Origin: Lingula anatina
Taxonomy: Eukaryota; Animalia; Brachiopoda
Length of the DNA: 64,000 bases
Assembly: GCA_051362555.1 (NCBI GenBank)
Contig: CM120641.1
Location: 24,062,401 to 24,126,400, forward strand
Reading direction: 5' to 3'
Shown: one piece after another, positions 12,253 through 25,393 of the stretch
Layout of the letters: each line of letters starts with the position of its first letter
Numbering within the stretch: position 1 is the first letter of the stretch
Notes under the pieces: model-generated
The model's database searches: none
Told to the model about the DNA's origin: nothing
What the model saw: the letters and a program-made list of their open reading frames with translations, nothing else
Program-made: the position numbers and the translations under genes

Positions 12253-14181
12253 ATGCTAGCCAATGTGACATGGGGACGTGTAGCAACAGCCCTGGTGCTA
12301 CTGCTGGCTGGGTTACAGGTCTTCCATCTTCTATTGCTCAGCCAATTGCAGGAAAGGGCAGACAGGGAGAAGGCAGTACTCCTCACAAGGCAACAAGAAC
12401 ATTTTTATCAGGAGAGTGGAGAGACCCTGAATACCATGTTAGACAAACTGATGGAGAAAAAAGTCATTGACTCCTGGGGATCCTATTACTTAGTGAATAA
12501 TTGGATAAAGGGTACAATAACAATTCCTGCAAAGCAGGGGAAGAACCTGGTGACTTTGGTAACTCAGTGCTCTGTGGACCACTTATATAATGTGGTGGAA
12601 ATGGTTGAAAAATGGCAAGGTCCAATTTCTCTCTCTGTCTTTGCACCAGGGAAAGATGCAATTTATGCCATCGAGGTTATCCTTTTGCTGAGATATTGTG
12701 TGACACTTGTGGCACAGTATGTAACTTTTCATTTAGTCAGGCCAATATCAGCACAGGAAACAAACTTGCCATTGAGTGTTAACCTGACTATAAATATGCC
12801 GAACAAACATGTATGTGATAATATAGAATTATCTCTAAAAAAAATCCTTAGATTCGATAGAACTAATTATGACACTAAAAACATCCCTTACCCAAATAAT
12901 TTGCTCAGAAATGTGGCGCTGAGGAATTCTGTCACAGGCTATGTACTGGTAATAGACATAGATTTACGAACCAGTGATAATTTATTCGAGGACTTCCGAG
13001 ACTTCATAGCTACTAATAGGATAATTGTTGAAGATCCAAAAACCTTGGAAACCATGCTCTATGTGGTGCCTGCATTTGAAGTGGAAAGCAATCAAACCAT
13101 TCCAAGCATCAAATCACAGCTGGTCAACCTATGGGACAAAGGGATCGTGAGGCCCTTTTATGAGGAGGTGTGTCCTCGGTGCCATAAGTACACCCAGTAC
13201 AATGCCTGGAAAATATTACAGAAATCTTCCAAGTTGGAGATGAGCTTCCAAGTTGAGTGGCGTGACCCCTGGGAGCCTTTTGTAATTGCACCTAAAACCA
13301 TTCCATATTATGATGAGAGGTTCAAGCAGTATGGTTTTAACAGAATAAGTCAGGTAATATGGGATTTTTATTAATGTAAGGTAAAGAACTCTAAAATAAG
13401 AAAGTGGCCTAGATTGGGCACGTAAGAAGTTTTTTATTTCTGGCATTTGCTTCGCCATTTGTATGCATGTGCTGTGTGGAAGGATGACAGAGACAAAAAT
13501 GCATTTTAAATCCATTCAACACAGTTGTTATATTGATTCTGAAGTTTCATGAAATTTGATTAGACTGATGTATGTTCACTAAGTTGAAGGAGTTGAATTA
13601 TTTAATGCTATGCAACCATTCATTTTCTCTAGTAAAATACCAAGTATTTGAGGGAATATGTTTTAAGTGGTCTAATTTTTGGTTACTCTTCTAAATGGCA
13701 TGTTTAATTTAGTAACAATCACTATCTATTCAGTGCATTGTATCTTTTTTCCAGTTATGATTCCAAACCTTGTAGTCTTTTAGATCTGAAAGCTTGCTAA
13801 GTTAACAATAAAAATTTAATGATGTAAAAAAATTTAATTCAGTGCTTTAACATTTTTTCTTTCAAACCTCTTTATGGAATTGAGATATCTTCACAACTTT
13901 CATTTTCTGGCACAACAACCACATTTGATTTGCTAATATACCTTATACTCATCAAGTGTAATGAATAAAACTTTTTTATTTTCCAGGCATGCGAGCTGCA
14001 TATAGCTGGTTACTCATTCAATGTCCTGAACAATGCCTTTGTTGTTCACAAAGGATTCAAAACTAGAGATGTATTCCACAAAACTAAACAAGAAGATATG
14101 AAAAAGAATAAACTGTTGTTCCGTCAGTTCAAAGAAGATATGAAAACAAAATACCGTGACTCACCAAGGAAGTGTCACTGA
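12253..14181 (+). CDS. B4GAT1: Beta-1,4-glucuronyltransferase 1 (GT49, formerly B3GNT1); exons 12253-13353 and 13987-14181, ~431 aa
   Basis: Type II TM segment (RVATALVLLLAGLQVFHLLLL), VTLVTQ, WQGPISLSVF, YPNNLLRNVA, DxD motif (IDID), WEPF and YDERFKQYGFNRISQ. A phase-0 GT..AG intron leads to ACELHIAGYSF.VLNNAFVVHKGFK...KYRDSPRKCH*, matching the vertebrate B4GAT1 C-terminus. Confidence 0.93.
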
Positions 14182-15278
14182 TAGTTTCTTTAACACATTT
14201 TTGTTTTAAAAAGACTGATTGTAGGATAGTGGAGTAATGAAACATTTTACTTGTATATACAGACTATCACTTCAGATGCTGTCAAATGTTCTCACTTGGT
14301 GTCTTTTTTAAGACCAACATTTTACACTTATTATTAGCCTGGTGAATGGTTGCAAAATTCCTTGCATTTCTACAATTGAAATGATTTTAGGATAGGTGGT
14401 AATTTTATTTCTAAAAAGAGATGTAACATGTCTTGCAGTTGTTTTGTCAAGTTAGTACAGAAATCCGTGGGTCCTTTTAGCTGTGTTCCCAATTTTATGT
14501 GCAATAATTTTATTGAGTAATCATTTTGTTGACTACAAAGTGGTGTAGTGGGTCTCTTTAGTCAGTTCATTGTAGTTTTTAAGTACTACCTGAAGTTGCA
14601 GCTATCTATCTTAATATGTCTTTCATAACCAACATTTTATTTTTGAAATCCAACTTAATTCTATTTAGAAATGAATTTATAAAGGTTTTAATAAATTCAT
14701 ATTTTCTGTTGGTTTCTCAAATAGCACAAAACGATGCCACTCTAGCATTGGAAAAAATATATTTCAATCTAAAATGCTACTTGGAGGTCTTGATAAATCA
14801 GAAAGATAAAATGCTTGAATTTTTTTAGGTTAATTATTAGATTGGCACTATTTTATGTTTTTTTCTCTTGAAGAGACTTCAATCTTTTAATCAACCATCT
14901 TCAAAATTACAATAAAGGCACAATGCCTCCTTATGGCCATTAATGTTTATTAATACAATAAAGGTATTTTATATAACCCAAACAAGACCCCACTTCATTT
15001 TATTTTGGACAGTGAATGAGTGATGTGTGACTTTCTATTTCAAGAGTTGAAAACAAAATGAGGAACACATGCTTAAGTACAAATATAAAATATTTATTGA
15101 ATGTGAATTTTAAGTTGGGGGAGAGGGAACAACAGCCCTTATGCAAAAAGTTCTGCAAAGGAGAGAACTTAATTGTCATTTTTTCCCAAATTGTAAAAGT
15201 CACCTGTCATACTCAATTGTGAAGTCTTATTTTCTTTATCTATAAATAAGATTTCAATTGTTCAGTGAAAAGCAGACC

Positions 15279-16264
15279 TCAATCACTGTCACTCCCACTG
15301 CCAAATATCTCCTCCTCATCTTTCTTCCCTGCCTCGCTCTCTGCCTCACTTTCACTCCCACTGCCAGCATCACTTCCACTTCCCTTTCCACTTCCTTCAT
15401 GATCACTCCCACTACTGCTGCTGCTACTACTGCTGCCACTACGACTGCGAGTGCCCCCAGATTTCTCACTACGCTTCTCCTCCTCATCCTCACTCTTCTC
15501 TCCTCCACTCTCCTCCTTGGTGTTTTCCACGTCACTGCCTTCTTTCCTTTCCCCAACTTGATCTGAAACAACCAAGGAGAAACTTGGAATCATGTACAAG
15601 TTGAAGCGTGTCCACAATGACTGGCACAATACTAACATACAAGCAGGCTTGCAACCAGCAATTTCAAAGTAGGTGTTTTCTGGCAAAAGGGTGGTTTTTT
15701 CCAGCCTCCCCAAAACCATTTGCCTAGTACAAGCATGTACATATTATGGAGTGTGAACATATTATGCATTGTAAATAATTCTTTCACAGCACAAATAGTT
15801 ACATTTAAAAATGATTCCCTTTCTACTGAACTTGAAGTTGAAAATCATATTACCTGGCCTGAACTCAAACTGCTCCAACTCTTCCTCCTCACCTGGTGGC
15901 TCCAGCATGGTCAGCCTGGCCTCCTGGGAACAGAGATGCAACAGCATGTACTCTACATAAACTAGTTATTCCTGTGATTGTGCTCAAGTTTTCCTGCTGT
16001 CATACCTAACACAATCAGCTGAATATATAAACTTTTTCTTTGAGTGAGATCTTCTTCAGTCATTAAGGAATAGGCCAATAAAATGTGGCACACATGGATC
16101 ATGCCTTACCTGTGCTGCCAACTCTTGCTCATTGATTGGCCTGTGTTTAACAATCAGCCTGGACTTATTGGTTGGTGCTGGGCCTTCTGTCAATTTACGT
16201 CTTTTGCTGAGACGCACTCTGAAAAGATTAATAATGAATACCCATTATCGAGCAAAAATCTTCA

Positions 16265-16324
<60 letters not shown>

Positions 16325-19300
16325 AAAATTCTATGTGCAAATGTCAGTTGCATTTTCAGTATGTAAAATATAAATGTAAAGAATCTTTTAACTGATATAT
16401 ATGACAACACATGAACATTAAATCTTTGTCAGAAATACAAACTGATTATTAATTTCATTAAAAAAGCAACTTTTTTAATCAAACAATCATTCATTAGCTG
16501 ACCTAGTTTCAAGTTCATTGTAGTAAACTCCATCTTCTTTGAAAACAAAAAAGTATGTTTCTTCATATCCCTTGGATGCTTTATTTTTCACATTCCAGTT
16601 GTACTCCCTAGCTAGAACATAGTCATACCTGAAAGAGTATTTACATTTATGTGTCAAAACTTGAATGATCTTGAAATCAAAGAAGTACAAAAACTAGAGA
16701 GCAAAATAAAAATAGAAAAGAAAATCTAGAGCAGATAAATGAAACTGAAGAAACAAATTTGTTATTTTTTAAAGCAATGAAAACTTCTTTGAACTTGAAA
16801 CTTATAAAAAAAAAACATTTGCATATATATATACTGACTCTTCGTCTGGTGTGTACTCCACATTTTCCTCAGCATCACGCTTTCTCTTACTCAGGGTTTC
16901 CTCTGTAGGTAGAAAGTAAGCCACAAACTGGTCCCCAGACTCATCCACCATACCCCTGGTTAAAAATACAGGTATGAATATAAACGAAACATAAACAAAA
17001 CAAGCAATCACTTGTCACAATCACGTCAAATCGCATGAGAAAAGCAGCATGAACAAACTGAGAAGCCAAAGCAGTGGGACTGACTGCAAACTTGCCATAA
17101 TAATATTGAACACCAAAATTCTGTTTTGAGTTAAACTATTGTCAAGTACCATACCCCTGGATAAAGATTCAGGTGTGAATATAAACAAAACAAGCGATCA
17201 CTTGTCACAGTCACGTCACATCGCATGAGAAAAGCAGCATGAACAAATTGAGAAGCCAAAGCAGTTGAACTGACTGCAAACTTGCAATAATAATGTTGAA
17301 CACCAAAATTCTGTTTTAACTATTTTCAAATACATTTTTAGGGTGGAAAGTACACTACTGTGCCAAAAAATGGTGTTTCAGTGTACCAGAGTGATAGATA
17401 TGCCACTTACCTGATCATTGCCTGTGCCATCTCCTCTGTCACAGCTGGTAGAGCTTTCACCTTTGGTGCAGGATCTGTGTCAAATATTACTTGGGCACAT
17501 GGGAATTTCCACATCTGTTATAAGAAAAAAGACCAAAATCAATAAAAAATGAATTATTGTAGTTAAAATCCTTTGATTAAATGCAGGATTAAACTTTTCA
17601 AATTAAGTTTTCTTGGGTGCTAAATTCAGGTAATATTACTGATGAAAGAGTTCCACCTTTGTAATTGACTATAAAAAAACACTTAGATCATACATCATCG
17701 GTAATGCTTTTTACGTCTGAATACAGTTAACAGGAATCTTTTCTAACACTGCCAAATCAAACTACAGCAGAATTATTCAACAGCCTAATATTAAATATAC
17801 ACTTACTTCAAAGTCAGGGAATAAAGGCACTTCTTCTATTGATAAAACACCTGGTTTACTGTAATGCTTTGTTATCTAAAAAATAAAAAGAAAGTACACA
17901 CTTATGACTAATACTTCATGATTTTCCTGATAAAAAAGAGCAACCAAGTGTCAGTCAGCTTATATTCACTTTTTTCCAAATTGGAGTATCACTAATAAAT
18001 AACAACTAGACAGAAAAGCTGACAAATATACAGACATTCAGACACAGAAAAGTGTGCACCAAATAATATTCTGCACAATTTTGATGCACTATTACATAAT
18101 GCTTTAAAACAGCATAATCACTCTTACCCTCTTACATTATGCACTACAGGTAACATGGACAACAAAAAACTAGCAAGTAATTCAGTTTCATGGGCAAACC
18201 TCAACAAACTTGTGCAAAAAAACAGAATAATTACCGTAAATGTGAATGGATTATGATTTTCGAAATCAAACAAGGCAAATCAGTAAATTTAAAGTAATAG
18301 AAAAAATGGTTTGGCAGTTATGGGGCAAACATCATGTGTCGGACCGCAACAGTGACCACACAAACAGACAGATTGCTCAGAATACATAAAAATGATACAG
18401 TGAAGGGTACTGGTTGTTTTATCATTCAACTTATCAATAATTTGTTCTTACCTCTGTTTTGTTATCCTCAAAAGTCTTTTCAATAGCATTAATTTGACTT
18501 TCTCTATCTCTGTACAGGTCTTCTTCCTTAAGCAATTTCTTTATATTATACCCAACTCTGTAATAGAAGATAAATAAAGGTAGCCAATAAGACTGCAAAA
18601 TAACAATCAAGCTGATTAATTCATTGTAAAATTAATGACTAAGGCCCAGATAATTAAACATCCTGCTTCTGTGATACTGAGCAACCACAATTAATGGACA
18701 ATTGATTTTCCTCATTTAAAAAAGATAAAGGACTTAAATCCCTCATTTGTCCATGTAATAAAAAGTGTGTTACCTCATTTCTGGTCTATCTGCATTAGGT
18801 GTGAATCTGTTATACTCTGTAGAAATATATTCTGTTTTCCTGAGCCATGACACTGTTTTATTATGGTGTCTTGACCTGAAATGTGAAATGCATACATATT
18901 ACAGTTTTCTTGGACTCTATGACACAATTTTCTAAGACTCAAAATAAAAATGACAGACATTTATTATCTACAAATATTCACAAAATGCTGTGAAGAGAAA
19001 TGGATACTATTCACACGTTTAAGTTACATTTCAAGCAAATTTCAAGTCTGGCTTTCAACTCTAGGCATTCAGTGAGCATATTTGTAAGACATCACATGGC
19101 TTCTTATTATATTTTACTATGCTCATATACCTTTAACATTGCAAGACTGGCCAATAGCTACAATGTTATAAAATGGCAATAATGGATGAGCAAATCAATA
19201 CATGTGCAAGTTGTGGCACTGTGCTTGGGTAGAGTTTTACCTTTTAGAATCAGACTGTGATGATAGTTCCTCTTCCAGCAGCCTTTCATCTTCACTGTCA

Positions 19301-20781
19301 AGACGCTCTGCAAAAAGAGAGAAACAAGTCTCCATAACCAGTGAATGACACCAATTAATCAAAACCCAACATTCAAAAGCCATTACCAACATAAATAAAA
19401 ACCTTGTATGTGTCTGTATTGATGCAAGTACGTAATAAACATGTGCTGACATGTCCATATTCCCCAATGCTGTGACTCTGAGAGATATTTCTTACCTAAA
19501 GGGTCAACCTTGTATATATCTGTATTTATGAGATCTGTGGACACACCAAGATCAGTCTCTGTGAGTAATTCAGATTTGGTATTCCTTTCAAGGGAGGTTG
19601 GGTTGTAGGAAACAAACCTGGATAAAACACAATATATATTATGATGATTTGCATTCCTCGTAATGCAACTTAATTTGGCAGATAGGACTTTTTTATTTCA
19701 CTGATATTTATTTAGAAAATATACTGTTAAGGTTAAAAACAATATCATTAACATAAAATATTCACTGTCTCGATCAGTAAATAAACATGTTTACGTGACT
19801 CTAAGAACCAGTTAGGTCTGTCACTTTCACACTAGCTAATGATAAACAAAGGATTCTTCTTCCCGGTTCAACTAAGTACAGAAGAAAATATTAAGTGTGG
19901 TAGAGCATTATATGTCAGGACATGACATCACAATAAATGTCTTCTGAGCTTCATCAGAGTCTGTGTGGCAGTATCCATATATTAAAAAGCTGCCCTTTTT
20001 AGTTACCTTTCATTCTTTTTCTCTTCATGTTAAGTGGGGTGGGTAAAGGTGGAGATTACCTGTTTTGTTCAAATGGATATGTGATAAACTTCGGATCAAA
20101 TGGCAGGTCTGGAAGTACATTGTTGTATTTCACACGGCATATCAGATCAGATCTAAAAGAAAAAAAATAAGTCAGATTTGTCAGGTTTCTATCTCATAAT
20201 ACTCACGTACACTAGTAAAAACATCGTCGGTCCGCAGCGGTCCAGTTAACAGTCATCAAATCTTCACATCTAATAAATAAGAATCTGCCATTTTATTAAT
20301 ACCGAGATAAATCTACTTCGAGAAGTGGTCATATGTTACAAACAACTAAGTTATTAGTAAATGAAATATGCGGTGTACCTAATTACCGTCGACAACCGCG
20401 GGCAACCGAACACTACCGAACACAAACACTAATTACCGTCCACACAACAATAAATACCACCCACAAGCGTCCTCCCATATGAAATAGTTGTAAAATCAAC
20501 TAATAGTTAGAAATTTAACATAAGATGGTGCTTAAACGTATACGGCCCTGAAAGAGGTCACGGGTGCGGGGCTGTGGACGTTTTGAAAACAACGTAAAAC
20601 GATTTTCACATTTGTATAGGCCCTACTAGCCCTCCAAACTCAGACTCCGTGGTCAAGGCATTATTTAATATTAATTAATATTATTTAATATTAGTGCATT
20701 TTCAGATGCTAACCTTCTTTCCCCAGTTCGTGTCTTTCGACCTTTATCGTCTCTTTTCCCAGACTGTATTGTTGGCGGCAT
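15279..20781 (-). CDS. PAF1: RNA polymerase II-associated factor 1; 13 exons (20781-20714, 20152-20060, 19617-19496, 19307-19241, 18875-18774, 18557-18452, 17875-17807, 17514-17411, 16955-16839, 16628-16503, 16218-16110, 15923-15854, 15562-15279), ~478 aa
   Basis: [97 protein letters not shown] and an acidic Ser-rich tail ending FGSGSDSD*. All introns are GT-AG and phases close to 1437 nt. Confidence 0.96.
16267..16321. repeat. (TA)n microsatellite in a PAF1 intron
   Basis: Direct reading. Confidence 0.95.
16947..17332. repeat. ~200-bp tandem duplication spanning the PAF1 intron 8/exon 9 junction
   Basis: 16947-17147 and 17148-~17332 align along their length (ACCATACCCCTGG...CACTTGTCAC...CACCAAAATTCTGTTTT). 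Confidence 0.9.
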
Positions 20782-21065
20782 GCTAACAGCCAAGGATCTC
20801 TCTGGGTGTTCACAAAATTAAAACTGTGCGGCTTTACACACGCTGGTACAAACAAATATGGCCACTAAGTCACGTGACTTTTTGGGGATTCCGCGAAAAC
20901 TCAAATTGTTAGAGTCTTTTTATGCATCATTGACCGACAAGGTTAACTGGAGCTGTAAATTACTTATAGCTTGTGAATTTTGTTGAATAATCGCTGAAAT
21001 GAAAGCTAAACTCAGTCACTCTTCAGTCACGTGGTATGAGGGGGGAATCCCGTCAGAGCTCAAAA
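20782..21065. promoter_or_regulatory. Bidirectional promoter region between PAF1 and MED29
   Basis: Divergent ATGs are separated by 284 bp. Contains a palindromic E-box GTCACGTGAC (~20869), E2F-like TTCCGCGAAA (~20889), a second CACGTG (~21028) and YY1-like AAAATGGC over the MED29 start. Confidence 0.75.
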
Positions 21066-22979
21066 ATGGCAGCACCCAGTGTGCAACAACAACAAGGTGC
21101 TGGTGCTAATGTTTCACAGGGCCCCACACCTGGGGTTGGAGGTGGAGGAGCTGATGTCGACCCCATTACAAAGTTTCGTATGCTTGTCCCGCTTTTGAAA
21201 GATTCCCTGGCGGTGAGAATCCGTTTGAATTTTAATAACTGATGTAAATTTTTGGAATCGCATGCCTTTTGTTTTTTAACTGTGTTCAAGAGCATTTAAT
21301 TCTTTGAGGTTATCCAGAATCAGTTACTATATCATATATAATATGGCTAAGGCCCATTAATAAGTTATCCAGGTTATATATTCAACGCTTTCCACTTTGT
21401 AAGATTATTTAAAACACATTTATTGGTAATGTACAACCAGTCAACACAAAATTTATTTTATTTTTATTGTTTTTTACATTGTCACTATCTTTTTTTAATG
21501 TAATTTTAAATTTTTTAATGTATTCTGGCAAGGCTATTCAATTCTGACATTGTTAATTGTATGTTTTCTCTGGATAAATGTTGTAATAACTATTAAAACC
21601 TGAGACTCTGGTTCCAGACTGTGATGAGGGTTGGGGCTCAAATCCTGCAGCATGATGCTCAAGTGGACAATTGCTTGTGAGTTATTTATTTGCTTCTTCA
21701 GATCACAGTTAATTCTCCAATACATCACCATTCAACAATGGTCAGGTTCATTGATACAATTAAATGTTTATATTTCAAGAGTGTTAAGTTACTGTATATT
21801 TTAATCCCTTCTAGGAAATGCTTATACATTACCTGTCTTAATAATTATTGAAATATATACAGGCTTTTCTTGGAGAGAGCATATGACATACATAAAATGT
21901 GATCAATTGGGTTTTGGCAACACATCAATATCATTATTATTGTTTAATATTTGGAAAATAATTTTGTTGTTGTAAGAAACAGGGGTTGGCAGAGTTCCTC
22001 AACTCCTCCTCGTCTTCTCCCCCTCCTTGCCAACACCCCCTTACCCTCTTCATACCAACACCTTTTGTCTCTCCACCATCAACCTTGTAACAATGTTGAA
22101 AAATGTGGTGAATTAGGTCTGGATACTGGTTTGTTTGATATGCTGGTGTTTTGTTTATTATATAATTTTGCAGTATTTGACTTCTTCATTTTCTTTAAAA
22201 ATTAAACCAGCATTATTTATTGAAGGAAATCTGCTGATGGTCCAGTTCAGAGGTTTGATAAGTGTTTGGAGGAGTTCCATGCCATTTGTGACCAAATGGA
22301 GCTGAATCTGGTAAAAATAACTTTTTTTATAATTGGAAATAAAATTTTGAAGCACTATGTGTAGGTGTGTTTATATGCTGTAAGAGTGCTACTACATGTA
22401 AAGATCATGCTTTAATTCTGAACTCATTTATAAAAGGGCAGTGGTTTCCTTAATTAAATTTCTTGTTTTTGAATGGGTTGGTGTCCATGTTAGTGAAGTA
22501 CAGCACTGAAATTACTCCAAATGATATACGTTTGACTTTAAGTTTTGTATAATTATAATTTAAAGTAATTAAAGTATTCATTTCAGTACAAGCACATCTC
22601 AGAATGACTATGACCAACCAAATGAAATATATCTTAAAAGAAAGTAACAATAAAAACAACAATTATAAGTTACATCAATACTTATAATAATAAGGTTGGT
22701 TGGGCTTGGATATGGAATATGAAATTGAATATGTTAATTATTCTTTCTTCCCAATGTATATTGTAGAAGCTAGCCCAGGACTGTATAGGGGTTTCAGCTG
22801 ACAGTCTGAAGAACTGCCCAGTGCCCATCCAGACAGGTATAGCTGTGGACCCCGGGGAGCAGCAGAGACAGACATACAGCATGTTCCTTATTATGGTCAA
22901 ACATCAAATTACATGTGCCAAGGAAATCCACGATGCATTGTTAGAATGTGCCAGAGATATCAGTAAAAAGCCAGTGTGA
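21066..22979 (+). CDS. MED29: Mediator subunit 29 (Intersex); exons 21066-21212, 21618-21676, 22226-22310, 22767-22979, ~167 aa
   Basis: DPITKFRMLVPLLKDSL|TVMRVGAQ...DN|KSADGPVQRFDKCLEEFHAICDQMELNL|KLAQDC...QITCAKEIHDALLECA matches MED29 (human RFDKCLEEFYALCDQLEL, QISCAKDIHTALLDCA). GT-AG phases are consistent. Confidence 0.95.
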
Positions 22980-23374
22980 ATAACTACCAGCAGTTCAAAA
23001 GAAATGACTACTTTGCTGTTACAAGTACAGTATTATGTCATGGGGCATATACAAGAAGAATGTAACTGCACATTCTGTATAAGTTGGAGGAATTGGATGT
23101 CATTGCCTGAAATGACAGATGGGCTTTATTAGTCTTACCTTAACAATTAAGGTTTAGTAATTTAGATTAATTAAGAATCAGTCTTAAGTCAATCAGCTTG
23201 TGGCTAGGGCAAAAGTTCTTTCTTTCTACTGAAGGGGGGGGATTAAATAGAGAACGGAACTCCTCCCTGTCAACTGCCATTAGCATAGACACTGGGTCTG
23301 GCAGCAACTTCCACCAAGGATGCTACACCTCTCCCTACTTCCTGTGGCAGTGGCATGACTGCACATGGCTGTTA

Positions 23375-23602
23375 GGGACCATTCCCACAGATATTTGAAT
23401 TGATCTATCTGCCTGGGGAGTCTAACTAAATTGCTATCAATTTAACTGGCTAATATGTCTGTCACGCCTAGTAAAACTGTTAGGGGGGTAATTTACCCCC
23501 TAGCTGATTCGGTAGGCATGACAGACATTTAAGCCAGTTACTTGATAACAATTTAGTGAGACTCCCCAGGCAGATAGAACAATCCATTTGGGATGGGAAC
23601 CC
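23375..23602. mobile_element. Palindromic Harbinger-like MITE, family B
   Basis: TCTATCTGCCTGGGGAGTCT...TGTCTGTCA pairs with TGACAGACA...AGACTCCCCAGGCAGATAGA around a central GGGGGTAATTTACCCCC. Left flank is TTA. Related to 53814-54045. Confidence 0.7.
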
Positions 23603-24333
23603 AGTTTTACATTGCTCTGTCCAACTCTGGTGATTGGACCTCCTCACAAGCTTTCCTCTGGCCTCTGTTAACTGGTGAAGGTTGACCAGATCTTAATGTG
23701 TACATATGAACTTCCTGGATGGCACATGCAGTATGATATTTCTATGTATAGCCACCTCCTCCACCTGAAATATTGGGTGGAACAGCTGGACAGGTCTGAC
23801 TGGCTCCTGCTCTGATAAAATATCAAAATCCAGTCGCCACCTAGCTACCTTTTTTTTTCACAACCTTCCATTACTTCTTTCGCTATGTCCATCTTTCCTC
23901 CTTCATCACCTTGTATGACCTCTTCTTTGTATTTTTATCTCCTTTTTTAAATTTCTCCACTGTGACCAGTATTCCAGGGAGTCATGGTCAGTGATTATAA
24001 ATCTGTGGTGTTATAGTCCATAGTAAAACAGTCTTTAATGTAACACTATACTTGATTTATCCAAGGTTTTGTTGGGCCCTGCATGTCCCACTCTTACATG
24101 GCACTGTGTAATGAAATATATGCTGCACCTATACTGACAAACTTCAAAGGGCGATTTTGACAAAACAAAGCATGTTTTTTGAACTGATTTGTTGTAGTAT
24201 ACCCTTTTTTTTGCTGTTGTTGCACTAGTACTTGTAATAGCCACATGCGCTTTTATTTGTGACCATGATAAACTTGCAAGGGAGTGAGTGCCTCCTTAGT
24301 GTTAGGTTTTAGCTCAACTCTTATTGAAAACAT

Positions 24334-24334
<1 letters not shown>

Positions 24335-24400
<66 letters not shown>
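24335..24400. repeat. (CT)n plus poly-T tract
   Basis: Direct reading. Confidence 0.9.
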
Positions 24401-24403
<3 letters not shown>

Positions 24404-24978
24404 GATTTGCTATAGTGACAAATCATCCAAGTCCTATGGACACATGATGTCACCTGTTATAGTTACACAAATTTTATACATCCACTTTTATTTAATAGTT
24501 ATTGCTATTTATCTGCAAGACTGAATTAATGTCCAAGTAAACTGCACCTCAAAGTATTCATTTTTTATCATTTCATTATAGTGTCATGTGCATATAATGT
24601 ATCCTTTCTGTTCAAATCTATTATATGTATTTCTCAGTTTTTGTCTTCATTGAAAGTAACATTTGCGCTAAGCTCAAGTAACTTATTTGAGCTTTTACAC
24701 TTGGAATTATGAAATATATTCAAAACCAATATTTGATTTGTTATGATAACCCCAAGTTCTTGTGATCAGAGTTTTAACATCTTTCAAAGTGATGTGTGAG
24801 GATCATCAAGCCAATACAGTAAACTCTGTTATCCACCTGTTAGTATAAACGAGGTTTCAAACTTACAGGGTGCTCACTGTGCTGCTGTCCATCTTATTAT
24901 TATTTTTTTATTTATTTATTATTTTTTATTCACTTGTTTACTTTTTATGCAAGCAGATATGCAACAAGGTGTAACAAT

Positions 24979-25110
24979 GGTCATATTCAGAACAGTGGAC
25001 TGACTAATCCGCAGGTCAAATATGGTGACCCACTAAATCTAATCCACTAATGGACACTGTGGGTCGACCATATTTTACCCGCAGACTAGTTAGTCCACTG
25101 TTCTGAATGC
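24979..25110. mobile_element. Palindromic Harbinger-like MITE, family C, short copy
   Basis: ATTCAGAACAGTGGACT...AGTCCACTGTTCTGAAT inverted repeat. Homologous to 54369-54543. Confidence 0.7.
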
Positions 25111-25342
25111 AAACAATCCTTGAGAATGCTACAGGTTTTTGATGTTGTACATTATTTCCAGAATAAACAAAAGCTCTGTATTCAACATTTTCTTTCTCAT
25201 AAACAGCAAGTAAGGTGAAAATTTTACTAGCTAGATTAGGCCAATTTGGTTTTATTTGACATCTTGCCCTGGCAGATTGATTTATTCTGATCTTATTTAA
25301 GCAAATCAGCAAACCTACCTAGCAGGTTGTTTCAGGGGTGGG

Positions 25343-25349
25343 GTTGTTG

Positions 25350-25393
<44 letters not shown>
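25343..25393. repeat. (GTT)n/(ATT)n microsatellite
   Basis: Direct reading. Confidence 0.9.

Noticed and set aside
15254-15571. Overlapping ORFs 15254-15571 (-) and 15258-15566 (+)
   Set aside because: Alternative-frame and antisense shadows of the low-complexity PAF1 last exon.
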